NCBI GenBank assembly: GCA_963677495.2
Contig: CAXXOU010000001.1
Coordinates: forward strand, 768,001-832,000
Direction: 5' to 3'
DNA: 64,000 bases
DNA from: Candidatus Cloacimonadales bacterium
GTDB taxonomy: Bacteria; Cloacimonadota; Cloacimonadia; Cloacimonadales; JAFGVF01
In this document: positions 27,811 to 37,821 of the stretch, one piece after another
Position numbering within the stretch: the stretch's first letter is position 1
How the letters are laid out: the number at the start of each line of letters is the position of its first letter
Made by a program: the position numbers and the translations under genes
Notes under the pieces: model-generated
What the model saw: only the letters and a program-made list of their open reading frames with translations
Databases searched by the model: none
What the model was told of the DNA's origin: nothing

Positions 27811-30800
27811 ATGAGTGTACTATATAATCAATTAGCAGGCAAATTAGACAGATCAGCATTCTTTCAAGCATACAGCTCAGATTTAGATAAAAAGAAGAGC
27901 GGAATGGGCTACTTCAAAACGAATAATAGTCTTAAGATGCTTTTAGTTGCACACGCTTTTCAGCAAACAAAGAAGAAGATTCTTGTGATTACTCAGGACG
28001 ATAAAGTAGCTGAGGAACATTTGGAAGATTTAGACGTACTTTTAGGTGAAAAGTTTTGCAGTTATATCCCTGATTATGAAGTACTACCATACGAACTCCG
28101 CTCTCCTCATTACTCAATTCGTGCTAAAAGAGTTGAAGCTCTAACCCGTATTCTTTCAGATGAACCGGGTGTTTTTGTTATCTCTATACGTTCTCTATTA
28201 AGACGAATTGTTCCTGCTATAAACTTTAAGAGAAATTTAATACATGTTCAGCAGGGTGTTGAAATAAATCAAGATGCACTCTTGGTTCAATTAGTTGAAA
28301 TGGGTTATGAATCAGAATATCAAGTCAATAAGTTAGGACAGTTTGCTCACCGTGGTGGCATAATAGATATCTTTGCTCCCGGATTTGATTATCCGATTAG
28401 ATTGGATTTTTTCGGTGATGAGGTTGAATCTATTAGGCACTTTGATCCTGTTAACCAGCGTTCGAAAGGTAACCCAATTAAGAAACTTAGTCTAATGCCG
28501 ATGCGTGAGTTTTGTATCGATGATATTGATAAAGAATCACTTCGCTGGCAACAAAATGAATCAGGTTTCTTCTATAATTCAATCGAGAATGATGTCTCTA
28601 TTTTACTAAAAGATACTGAAACTATTCCTGATTATTTTGGGGATAACACAATCTTCTTTTTTGATGAAATCCAATATCTTGAGAGTGAGATTCTTCATAT
28701 TAACGAAGAGCTTCTTGAATACTATCAAAGAGAGATAAAAACAAGCACTTTGTTACTCCCAAAACCGGAAGAGATGTATGCCGGAGAAAAACTGATTGCT
28801 AGGATCAAGAAGAGAGAACACTATCTTCTAAATGCAAACAAACAGCTCTTCCATGAGGATATTGCATCAAGAGCAGTACCATACAAACCACCTGAGGTTA
28901 TGCTAAACGACCTTTCCATGTTTGAACAACTATTAGATGACCACATCGACAGAGGATGGAATATATACATTCAGTCTGATAACAAGAGCCAGAGTAAACG
29001 TATGCAGGAGATGCTCATCAGATTGAGTAGCAAGCTTACTTTTACTTTAGGTGTTCTTCATAAAGGATTCAACTTAGAGGATATCAGACTATCAATCTAT
29101 ACTGACCATGAGATCTTCAACAGATATAAGAAGAAAGGCAGGAAGTTTACTCGTAAGGAAGCCTTAGTTGATTATGAAACCCTTAAACCGGGTGACTATA
29201 TTGTGCATATTGACCATGGCATTGGTATGTTCGAGGGTCTTGAACTATTAAGCTTAGATGGGAATCAAATTGAGTGTTTAGCCTTAAGATATGAAGCAGG
29301 TGATAAGATATATGTACCTACTCACCAACTCCGATTGGTAACAAGATTTGTTGCTGATGAGGGTGTGACTCCTAAGATGAATAAGATTGGTAGTAAACGT
29401 TGGGAGAACACAAAGGCAAGAGTTAAGAAACAGATTGAAGAGATTGCAGAAGACATTCTAAAGCTCTATGCTGAAAGAAAGATGCGTCCGGGACTCAGTA
29501 TTGAAAAAGATACCGTTTGGCAGGAGGAGATGGAGGATGCCTTTATTTATGAGGATACTCCTGACCAAAAGACTGCAACAGCTGAGATAAAAAGCGATTT
29601 AGAAGCACCTTACCCAATGGAACGTCTTCTTTGTGGTGATGTTGGATTTGGTAAGACTGAAGTTGCGATTAGAGCAGCTTTCAAGGTTGTGATGTCAGGT
29701 TATCAGGTTGGTGTTCTCGTGCCTACAACACTTCTTGCGGAACAGCATTATAACGTGTTCAGAGAAAGATTAGCTCAATATCCGGTTCGAATTGCAATGT
29801 TAAGTCGATTTAGAACACCTAAACAGATAAAGGATGACCTTGCAGGATTGGCAACCGGTGAAGTGGATATTATCATTGGAACACACAGAATCCTTTCGAA
29901 GGATGTTCAGTTCAAGCGAGCAGGACTCTTAATTGTAGATGAAGAACATAGATTTGGAGTAAGACAGAAAGATAAAATCCGTAGCTTCAAAGCAAACATA
30001 GATACCCTCTACATGTCTGCCACTCCTATCCCAAGAACCTTGAATATGGCTCTTTCAAAGCTTAAAGAGATCTCTCTCATTCAGACTTCTCCAAAAGAAC
30101 GTCTTCCTGTGAGAACGGTGGTGACTCCTTACAACGACTCTGTTATAAAAGAAGCTATTCAGCGTGAAGTTGATAGAGGTGGACAGGTTTTCTACGTCCA
30201 TAATAGAGTACAGACTATTGACTCAGAAGCTGAAAAACTAAGAAAGCTTCTACCAAACGTATCTTTTGCTATTGGGCATGGACAGATGCCGGAAAGACAA
30301 CTTGAAACATTGATGAATGACTTTGTACAAAATAAGTTCCAGGTGCTCGTATCAACAACTATCATAGAGAATGGTATAGATATTCCTAATGCTAATACAA
30401 TTATCATCAATAGAGCTGATAGATTTGGTCTTGCCCAGTTGTATCAGATGCGTGGTAGAGTTGGTAGAAGCTCAAGAAGAGCTTATGCGTATCTCTTAGT
30501 TCCAAAGGGTATGACCCCAATAGCTCTCAAACGTTTAGAAGCAATTGCAGAGTATGACTATTTAGGTGCCGGATTCCAAGTTGCAATGCGTGACCTTGAG
30601 ATAAGAGGTGCAGGAAACTTGCTTGGTACAAAGCAAAGTGGACTTATTAACACAGTTGGTATTAACTACTACAACAGATTACTCCAACAAGCTGTTGAAC
30701 AATTAGAAGAGGGAAACATTGCCTTTGAGGAGGAAGTAGTACCACTTAAGAAGATCTCTGTGAAGCAAGATGTCTTCTTCCCAACAGACTATATCAAAGA

Positions 30801-31218
30801 TGACACCCTTAGAATCCAGATGTATAAACGACTAAGTGAGTTTACAGTTCCTAACGAGTTTGATGAGTTTAAAGTAGAGCTTGAGGACAGATTTGGTAAG
30901 TTACCTGAACGAGCAAAGAAGACAGTTGATTTCCATAAGCTAAAATTCATGGCTACAGGTGCAGGTTTAGCATCTGTAAAAGTTAGAGATAAAGCTCTTA
31001 TTATGGAGTTTGATGAGAAGATCTTGCCCCCTCAAGCTGCGATTGGTAAGTTTATTACCCAGGTGACATCAAATGTCAGATTCGATACAACTAAAGGTTT
31101 AAAAATCATTATTGATTTGGATAGTAAGGCTAAGAAGGATAATATTCAGCTAAGCTCTGAGTATCTCAGTAAGTTCAAAACAATAATTGAAGAAGTAAAA
31201 GCAAAGAAGAAGAAGTAG
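27811..31218 (+). CDS. mfd: Transcription-repair coupling factor
   Basis: UvrB-homology N-terminus, VHIDHGIG, GDVGFGKTEVA, DEEHRFGV, SATPIPRT, QMRGRVGRS. Confidence 0.97.
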   Translation: MSVLYNQLAGKLDRSAFFQAYSSDLDKKKSGMGYFKTNNSLKMLLVAHAFQQTKKKILVITQDDKVAEEHLEDLDVLLGEKFCSYIPDYEVLPYELRSPHYSIRAKRVEALTRILSDEPGVFVISIRSLLRRIVPAINFKRNLIHVQQGVEINQDALLVQLVEMGYESEYQVNKLGQFAHRGGIIDIFAPGFDYPIRLDFFGDEVESIRHFDPVNQRSKGNPIKKLSLMPMREFCIDDIDKESLRWQQNESGFFYNSIENDVSILLKDTETIPDYFGDNTIFFFDEIQYLESEILHINEELLEYYQREIKTSTLLLPKPEEMYAGEKLIARIKKREHYLLNANKQLFHEDIASRAVPYKPPEVMLNDLSMFEQLLDDHIDRGWNIYIQSDNKSQSKRMQEMLIRLSSKLTFTLGVLHKGFNLEDIRLSIYTDHEIFNRYKKKGRKFTRKEALVDYETLKPGDYIVHIDHGIGMFEGLELLSLDGNQIECLALRYEAGDKIYVPTHQLRLVTRFVADEGVTPKMNKIGSKRWENTKARVKKQIEEIAEDILKLYAERKMRPGLSIEKDTVWQEEMEDAFIYEDTPDQKTATAEIKSDLEAPYPMERLLCGDVGFGKTEVAIRAAFKVVMSGYQVGVLVPTTLLAEQHYNVFRERLAQYPVRIAMLSRFRTPKQIKDDLAGLATGEVDIIIGTHRILSKDVQFKRAGLLIVDEEHRFGVRQKDKIRSFKANIDTLYMSATPIPRTLNMALSKLKEISLIQTSPKERLPVRTVVTPYNDSVIKEAIQREVDRGGQVFYVHNRVQTIDSEAEKLRKLLPNVSFAIGHGQMPERQLETLMNDFVQNKFQVLVSTTIIENGIDIPNANTIIINRADRFGLAQLYQMRGRVGRSSRRAYAYLLVPKGMTPIALKRLEAIAEYDYLGAGFQVAMRDLEIRGAGNLLGTKQSGLINTVGINYYNRLLQQAVEQLEEGNIAFEEEVVPLKKISVKQDVFFPTDYIKDDTLRIQMYKRLSEFTVPNEFDEFKVELEDRFGKLPERAKKTVDFHKLKFMATGAGLASVKVRDKALIMEFDEKILPPQAAIGKFITQVTSNVRFDTTKGLKIIIDLDSKAKKDNIQLSSEYLSKFKTIIEEVKAKKKK

Positions 31219-31824
31219 TTACTCAATAATCTCTACTATTGTATTAGCCCCGTCTTCAGGTAAACTTTGAACAAGTTTTACTACGTCATGGTTCTTAAGT
31301 CTGATACAGCCTTCAGTTGCTTCAGTTCCAATTGATTCAGGTAGATGCGTACCATGAATACCAATACCTCGCCAGTTTTGCTTACTGATAGTCGTCTCCG
31401 AATTGGTCAGCAATCGAATAAACCATGGACCGTAAGCACCTTTAATTGAGCCTTTCCCATCACCAAAGTCATGTTCCCATTTTGATGAATCTTCAATGCC
31501 AACAATAGGGAAACGACCAATTGGAGTTCGCATATCACCAACAGCTTGTTTATCACCTGAGTTAAGACCGGTTGCAACGTAGTATTCTGCTACCTGTACT
31601 CCATCTTTGTAATGATATAGTTTGAATAGATGTTTAATTACTAATAGGTAATGACCTTTTTCTTCTGAATTAGGACGTTTATTGTCTTTAATCTCATCTG
31701 TGAGAATCTTCTTCTGTGGAAATCTCAGTTCCATATCATGACTCCGTTCAATCCGGTTCCTATTGGTTGCACAAGCTGACAGTAAGACCAAACTTATCAG
31801 CAAAATAATTAATCTATAATTCAT
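31219..31824 (-). CDS. L,D-transpeptidase (YkuD family) lipoprotein
   Basis: Lipobox LSAC; GDMRTPIG; GIHGT...ATEGCIRL catalytic motif. Confidence 0.9.
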   Translation of the reverse strand: MNYRLIILLISLVLLSACATNRNRIERSHDMELRFPQKKILTDEIKDNKRPNSEEKGHYLLVIKHLFKLYHYKDGVQVAEYYVATGLNSGDKQAVGDMRTPIGRFPIVGIEDSSKWEHDFGDGKGSIKGAYGPWFIRLLTNSETTISKQNWRGIGIHGTHLPESIGTEATEGCIRLKNHDVVKLVQSLPEDGANTIVEIIE

Positions 31825-31965
31825 GAATATCCCATTACCTACTGTTATTACCTTGAGCTTTGTATCATAACATATTACGTCAATGAAAATTTACAATTGA
31901 CTTTACATTAGAGTGTTATTTTATGTATATTACACAAAATTTTATAAGATTACAAAGGATATATA

Positions 31966-32976
31966 ATGTTTATTGATCATGCGAGAGTGAAAGTCAAAGC
32001 CGGAAACGGTGGTCATGGCTGCATCAGCTTTAGAAGAGAAAAGTTTATTCCTAAAGGTGGTCCAGACGGTGGTGACGGTGGTTATGGCGGTCACATAGTT
32101 TTTAAAGGAAATAGTAACATGAATACACTACTAAATTTCAGGCACATTCAAACTATAAATGCTGAGAATGGTCAGAATGGTGGTGGAGGTAACCGTACCG
32201 GAAGAAGTGGTAAAAGTGAATACATAGAAGTCCCAATCGGTACAGAGATATGGGAATTTGTCGATGGTGAGAAGATAAAAGTTGCTGATATAGTTGATGA
32301 AATCGAAGAAGTGGTTATTGCAAAAGGTGGTAGAGGTGGTAAAGGAAATACTCGCTTTGCAACAGCCACTCACAGAACTCCAAGAACTGCTACTGATGGT
32401 AAAACTGGCCAACAGAAAAGCCTTGAATTAGTTCTTAAACTGATGGCCGATGTTGGTCTTGTGGGTTTCCCTAATGCAGGTAAATCAACACTCTTAAGTA
32501 CTGTCTCAGCTGCTCGTCCGAAGATTGCCGATTACCAGTTTACGACTCTTGAACCATCCCTTGGTGTTATTTCTGTAAGTGAATATGAAAACTTTGTTAT
32601 GGCTGATATTCCGGGCATCATCGAAGGTGCTCATATGGGTAAAGGACTTGGCATCCAGTTCTTACAACATATTCAAAGAACTAAAGTTCTTCTTTTCTTA
32701 TTGGATATAAACTCTCCCGATCCTCTCAAAGACTATCAGGTTCTAAAATCTGAGTTGCATAACTATGATGAGTTCCTTGATAGAAAACCTCATCTCATTG
32801 CTATGAGCAAGATTGACACAGTACCGGAAGATGAATTAGAAGAGAAACTTACTGAGCTTCGTGAAATATTCTCTGAGCAGATGCATGAGGAGATTATGGC
32901 AATCTCATCAGTTGCTTTCAAGAATATCAACATCTTAAAGCGTAAACTGTTTACGCTCTCAGAGAGTGATGCATAA
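31966..32976 (+). CDS. obgE: GTPase ObgE/CgtA
   Basis: Gly-rich Obg domain FRREKFIPKGGPDGGDGG; GFPNAGKST; DIPG. Confidence 0.97.
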   Translation: MFIDHARVKVKAGNGGHGCISFRREKFIPKGGPDGGDGGYGGHIVFKGNSNMNTLLNFRHIQTINAENGQNGGGGNRTGRSGKSEYIEVPIGTEIWEFVDGEKIKVADIVDEIEEVVIAKGGRGGKGNTRFATATHRTPRTATDGKTGQQKSLELVLKLMADVGLVGFPNAGKSTLLSTVSAARPKIADYQFTTLEPSLGVISVSEYENFVMADIPGIIEGAHMGKGLGIQFLQHIQRTKVLLFLLDINSPDPLKDYQVLKSELHNYDEFLDRKPHLIAMSKIDTVPEDELEEKLTELREIFSEQMHEEIMAISSVAFKNINILKRKLFTLSESDA

Positions 32977-34042
32977 GAGAATTAAAGCCTGGATTGCTTT
33001 CAAGAACCAGAAAGGAATCAAGTTGATAGATAAGTACAATATCTTAAATAAATGGGGTGAACCTGTAAACTACATAGGAACACCCCATTCCTCTATTCAA
33101 GAGAGCCAATTAGTACCTTATAAAGTCTCAAATATCTGGAGTAAAACCGACTTAGAGTTCGATCAGCACATCGATAAAATCTTTGAAGAACACGAGATGA
33201 AGTTCTGCTCAATTATGGATCCTGAGTATCCTGAAATACTTAAATCACTCTATTGTCCACCCATGTATCTTTTTTACAAAGGTAACCTTGCAATAGCTGA
33301 TAACTGTATTGCAATCATAGGTACAAGAAAAGTCAGCAATTACGGAGTCAGGGTAACAAACACATTAGTAGATAAGCTTGTTGATGCAGGTGTAACAATC
33401 GTAAGTGGGCTAAGCTATGGAGTGGATTCGGAAGCACATCAGGCAGCTTTAAAGAAATCTGGTAAAACAATTGCTATTCTCCCGGGTAGTATCGATTTAA
33501 TCTATCCTCCGGGTAATAGAGAGATGGCAAACAGTATAGCTGAAAATGGATTAGTCCTATCAGAATATCTTCCAGGTGAGAAGGTGGAAAGGTGGCATTT
33601 TCCGGAAAGGAACAGACTTATCAGTGGAATTTCAAAAGCAGTTATCATGATAGAAGGTCCCGAGAAGAGTGGGGCACTCATCACAGCCCGGTTCGCTTTA
33701 GAGCAAAACAGAGCTTTATATGCAATACCCGGTGATATTACACGAGAAACTGCCAAAGGTTCGAATAAACTTATTAGCATGGGTGCTACACCTGTGATAG
33801 ATATTGACGAATTGATGACTGACTTAGGTGTAAAAGTAAGTAAATCAGCGAAGACTATCTCAAAAGTAGCCAAGAACCCAATATACAAGTTAATCCTTAA
33901 AGCTGAAGAACCTCTAGATATCGATACTATGATTGAGCTCTCAGGGCAAAGCTTCGGTGAGTTATCTGCTAATCTACTTGAACTTGAAATGGAGGGAGTA
34001 ATCAAAAGAATTGCCGGTAGCAGATACACGCCTATAAAATAA
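32966..34042 (+). CDS. dprA: DNA-processing protein DprA
   Basis: AIIGTR, IVSGLSYGVD, FPERNRLISG, SGALITA; C-terminal wHTH. Confidence 0.95.
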   Translation: MMHKRIKAWIAFKNQKGIKLIDKYNILNKWGEPVNYIGTPHSSIQESQLVPYKVSNIWSKTDLEFDQHIDKIFEEHEMKFCSIMDPEYPEILKSLYCPPMYLFYKGNLAIADNCIAIIGTRKVSNYGVRVTNTLVDKLVDAGVTIVSGLSYGVDSEAHQAALKKSGKTIAILPGSIDLIYPPGNREMANSIAENGLVLSEYLPGEKVERWHFPERNRLISGISKAVIMIEGPEKSGALITARFALEQNRALYAIPGDITRETAKGSNKLISMGATPVIDIDELMTDLGVKVSKSAKTISKVAKNPIYKLILKAEEPLDIDTMIELSGQSFGELSANLLELEMEGVIKRIAGSRYTPIK

Positions 34043-34244
34043 ACTTTTCTAAACTCTTAACTATATATATCAATTTACATTAGTCGTTTTAATCCCCTCT
34101 CCACAATTACGAGTATTTCCCTCAAAACAAACCAAAAAGTTAACTATCTTTGTAATAATATCTTTGCAAATGTCTTTGCAATAATATATAATCAATACCT
34201 AGTCTTTATCTAATCGCATCAAGAACTTCTTTGCACCCTTTAAT

Positions 34245-34325
34245 AAGTTATACACACGATGTGGATAACTTTAGGGTTTCATAGGGAGGGTCTAGGGAGG
34301 CTAAAGGGAGGGACAAGCGAGATTC
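34245..34325. repeat. Head-to-head DnaA-box-like pair followed by 11-bp-period repeats
   Basis: TTATACACA 34248-34256 and TGTGGATAA 34260-34268, then agggagg units every 11 bp; reverse-orientation relative at 54900-54977. Confidence 0.7.
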
Positions 34326-34499
34326 CTGGTTCTTGAAGCAGGACATAAAGGACTTGGTACAGACTTCTAGCAGAGATGGAAAAGAATAATAGTGAATTTA
34401 TAAACTAATTGGTAGTGCTTACTGAAGGTTCATCTTTATGGTAATTATCCGTCTACTAGTAATTAACATTAGCTTAGAATATGGAAGTAGATATAAAAG

Positions 34500-34527
34500 A
34501 AGACCGTTATCGGTGGATAACGGTCTT
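34500..34527. terminator. Terminator-like hairpin after the minus-strand operon
   Basis: aagaccgttatc/gataacggtctt perfect 12-bp stem. Confidence 0.7.
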
Positions 34528-34545
34528 AAATATTAGCCGGAAATC

Positions 34546-34806
34546 CTAAATCTCCATCATTTTAGCTGTTACATTTTCAAGTGCATTAAGTTTGCCCATC
34601 ATCTCATTAAGAATATCTTTTTCACCACGAACTTCAAGGATGATAAGACCATCTGTAGAGCAGATTTCTGCTGTAGCTTCATGGAGACCTAAACGTACTT
34701 GAATGTGGCATCCATATTCGGTTAGAATCTTCTGAGCTTCAATAGCAAACTTACTTCTTTGATCAATTTTGATAACCATAATTTTGTAAATCATATTATC
34801 CTCCAA
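34546..34806 (-). CDS. Small ACT-like protein resembling the TM1266-type iron-only hydrogenase system regulator
   Basis: Q.ILTEYGC.I..RLGLHE....CS..GLIILE pattern, about 82-86 aa; probable start 34794 after ggagg. Confidence 0.65.
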   Translation of the reverse strand: MEDNMIYKIMVIKIDQRSKFAIEAQKILTEYGCHIQVRLGLHEATAEICSTDGLIILEVRGEKDILNEMMGKLNALENVTAKMMEI

Positions 34807-35835
34807 CTAGTTTGTAATATATGCGTTTATAAGTTTTAAAGTATTTTCAACACCACGTCTATGAGTTCTCTCATAACCATGAGATGCGAAAACACCAGGT
34901 CCGATTAATCCATGTTTTATATCATAACCAGCACGGAGAGTCGCTTCAACATCTGAACCATAATATGGATAGATATCCACAGCATGTTCGAGTTTTAACT
35001 CTTCTGCTAACTTGATAAGTTTAGTTGTAATATCGTAATCGTAAGGTCCACCAGAATCTTTTGCACAGATTGATACTTTGAACTCATCAGTTGTAAGATC
35101 ATCACCGACTGCACCCATATCTACAGAAATCATCTCATTAATATCAGTGGGGATGCCTGAAGAGCCACCATGTCCTACCTCTTCATAAGTAGTGAAAAGG
35201 ATATAGACTTTGCGATTGGGAAGACATTCTTTTTCTGCAATAAGTTTAGCTAATGCCATCAGAATACCGGAGCTTGCCTTATCATCAAGATGACGACTCT
35301 TAATGAAACCTGATTCTGTGATTACTGTTCTTGGATCAAATGAGATGAAATCACCAACTCTGATACCTAGTTTCTTTACATCCTCAGCTTTCTTGACTTC
35401 CTCATCCAAAATAATCTCGATTGTCTTTTCAGAGCGAGTTAATGAGTTAACATCACGATAAACATGAGCAGCCGGATTTGTTAGATAAGCTGTACCTTGG
35501 AACTCTTTACCATCTCTCGTATGAACGATGATATTCTCGTTTTCAATATTGTTAGCAGCATATCCACCGATGCTTGTATAGCGAATACGACCATTACCTT
35601 TAATGCTCCTAACCATAGCGCCAAGTGTATCTACGTGAGCAGCGAACAGAATCGGGTCGCCCTCTCCCCCAAGATCACACAATAAAGCACCTTTCTTTGT
35701 CAGAACAGGTTCGAATCCAAGTTCAGTTAAATCTTGTTTTAAATCAGCAGTTATCTTTGCAGTAAAACCGGATGGACTTGGAGTAAGACACAGTTTCTTT
35801 ATCATATCAACAGCGTAGTTTACATATTTTTCCAT
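34807..35835 (-). CDS. M42-family metallopeptidase
   Basis: AHVDTLG, SRHLDDK, EEVG, DMG and SHGYER metal-ligand motifs. Confidence 0.92.
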   Translation of the reverse strand: MEKYVNYAVDMIKKLCLTPSPSGFTAKITADLKQDLTELGFEPVLTKKGALLCDLGGEGDPILFAAHVDTLGAMVRSIKGNGRIRYTSIGGYAANNIENENIIVHTRDGKEFQGTAYLTNPAAHVYRDVNSLTRSEKTIEIILDEEVKKAEDVKKLGIRVGDFISFDPRTVITESGFIKSRHLDDKASSGILMALAKLIAEKECLPNRKVYILFTTYEEVGHGGSSGIPTDINEMISVDMGAVGDDLTTDEFKVSICAKDSGGPYDYDITTKLIKLAEELKLEHAVDIYPYYGSDVEATLRAGYDIKHGLIGPGVFASHGYERTHRRGVENTLKLINAYITN

Positions 35836-37007
35836 TATGACCTCTTGTTTCTTATTTTATATATCTCTAAAATCTTGTTTGTATGCTTTTCCCATGAGAA
35901 CCTTTTAATCTCTTCCAAACCCCGTTCTATCATTTTAGCACGTAAGTTATCATTTGTGAGCACCTTGAAAATCGACTCCATTATCTCTTCTGAAGATTCC
36001 GGGTTAAATGTAAAAACAGCTTCTCCTCCCACTTCCGGTAAAGATGAAGTATTTGAGCAAACAACAGGAGTTCCTGATGCCATAGCTTCAACTAAAGGAA
36101 TACCAAAACCCTCATATAGAGATGGGAAGACATACAAGGTTGCTCCACAATATAAACTCGGTAAATCATCATCCGGTACAAACCCCAGGAACTTGATGTT
36201 TGAACTACAATCAGATTGCCGGGCTACTTTGTGAACCTCTTCTGCCCCATTCCAGTCACTTCCGGCAAATACAAGATCATACTTCGCTTTAATCTCGTCC
36301 GATAACATTCCATAAGCTTCTATCAGTTTAACATGGTTCTTACCCGGATGCTCAATCCTTGCAATATAGAGTAGATACTCTTTCGATAGTTTGTATTTCT
36401 CTTTAACTGATGTTGCATCTTGCCCGGCATAGAATCGATTTTGATTGTAGCCGTTATAGTTCAGAATAATATCATCGTATTTCATCCCATAATAGCTCAT
36501 CATGTCTTTTATAGTACTTTTACTAATAGCCATTACACTTTGGGCTTTCTTTAAGAAAAATGGTATCACTTTTTTAATATAGAACATTCTGAAGCTATCG
36601 TATTTGTTCTCTATATGAAATTGAGATAGATCATGAAAAGTTACAATCGTTGGCTTTGGATAGATACTCAACAGTCTTCTGTTTCCTGCAGGTAGGAAGA
36701 TGAAATCATAAGTGGAATGTCCTAAGTGAAATGGCAATATGAAAAGATGCCACAGCATAGAGTTAATAGCTCTATTTACATAAACTGGAGCAAACTTAAA
36801 TGATATATTCTCGTTTTTTACAGAGAATAGATCCAAGTCATCAGGGTGTATTAAAACTGTGAGTTTATGCTGTTTAGAAAGTTCTCTAACAACATTATTA
36901 GTATAATCAGCAATTCCTGATTTACCTTTATCATAAGCCAGACCGGAAACAAAAATATTAAGTTGCTTGGCTTTCAAAATATTCCTTTTTACCTTTCCAA
37001 ACACCAT
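35835..37007 (-). CDS. Glycosyltransferase family 4
   Basis: FPSLYEGFGIPLVEAMASGTPV; TFHDL; real start probably TTG at 36977. Confidence 0.93.
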   Translation of the reverse strand: MVFGKVKRNILKAKQLNIFVSGLAYDKGKSGIADYTNNVVRELSKQHKLTVLIHPDDLDLFSVKNENISFKFAPVYVNRAINSMLWHLFILPFHLGHSTYDFIFLPAGNRRLLSIYPKPTIVTFHDLSQFHIENKYDSFRMFYIKKVIPFFLKKAQSVMAISKSTIKDMMSYYGMKYDDIILNYNGYNQNRFYAGQDATSVKEKYKLSKEYLLYIARIEHPGKNHVKLIEAYGMLSDEIKAKYDLVFAGSDWNGAEEVHKVARQSDCSSNIKFLGFVPDDDLPSLYCGATLYVFPSLYEGFGIPLVEAMASGTPVVCSNTSSLPEVGGEAVFTFNPESSEEIMESIFKVLTNDNLRAKMIERGLEEIKRFSWEKHTNKILEIYKIRNKRS

Positions 37008-37809
37008 AACGCTGAAAAAGTCTATATATTGGTGCTTTGGGCAACCACATCAATTCACCATGCTTAAGAAGGAAAAGAAAATCTCTTATACTTTCCATAG
37101 TCGCAGGAATAAGAATCTCAGAAAATACATTACCGGGTTTCTCATTATAAATATATCCTTCTGCCTTACCTTCACCTTTGAAACGCTTTATCGTCTGTTT
37201 TAAGTTGTAATTATGAGAATGTTCAACAATTGCATCGGGGGCATAAACAATCTTCTTTCCCATCTGTTTCATTCTCCATGACCATTCAATATCTTCAGAG
37301 TATTGAATCTCTTCATAGAATGGGAACTCTTCCCAAACAGAGCGTCTTACAGCACTGGTAGCCATTGAGAAGAAATGTCGCCATTTAGCATGTATTTTAC
37401 CATCCCCAAAGGCTCTTAAATAATCTTTTCGAATAATTGGGGAAGCATCCTGACGAGTTATCTGATTCCCAAAAACAGCAATAACTTCCGGATCTTCAAA
37501 CGGCTTAATAAGGTTCTCTAGCCATAGTTCATTTTGTGGAATGCAATCAGCATTGTTAAATACCAGGATATCACCAGAGCATTTAGATGCAGCCGCATTC
37601 ATAACCTTACCGGGAATGTAGTCTTGTGGTTTAATTTGATAGGAAATCTGTGGATGTGCTTCTAATGCAACTTCCCAACTCCCGTCAGTTGAGCCAGAAT
37701 CTACAACTAACAGTTCATAATCTCTTAATGTCTGTTTTGTAAGCATCATCAAACTGTATTTAATAAATGGCATCTCATCTTTAGAACGCATTATGATACT
37801 TACTTTCAT
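36958..37809 (-). CDS. Glycosyltransferase family 2 (rhamnosyltransferase-like)
   Basis: VSIIMR, VVDSGSTDG, NAD, SEDIEW, VEHSHNY. Confidence 0.9.
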   Translation of the reverse strand: MKVSIIMRSKDEMPFIKYSLMMLTKQTLRDYELLVVDSGSTDGSWEVALEAHPQISYQIKPQDYIPGKVMNAAASKCSGDILVFNNADCIPQNELWLENLIKPFEDPEVIAVFGNQITRQDASPIIRKDYLRAFGDGKIHAKWRHFFSMATSAVRRSVWEEFPFYEEIQYSEDIEWSWRMKQMGKKIVYAPDAIVEHSHNYNLKQTIKRFKGEGKAEGYIYNEKPGNVFSEILIPATMESIRDFLFLLKHGELMWLPKAPIYRLFQRYGVWKGKKEYFESQAT

Positions 37810-37821
37810 ATATAAATCCTT

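Noticed and set aside
33502..34029. 175-aa antisense ORF, and the other 60-130-aa ORFs nested in or opposite long genes
   Set aside because: Shadow frames of well-supported genes such as dprA, aspA, mfd and obgE, with no independent motifs.
34144..34185. tatctttg(c/t)aa three times
   Set aside because: Short, AT-rich and irregularly spaced; may be an operator but cannot be told from chance by eye.
34245..34271. Chromosomal oriC
   Set aside because: Only two boxes, a second similar copy 20 kb away, and no dnaA, dnaN or gidA nearby; reported as a dispersed element instead.
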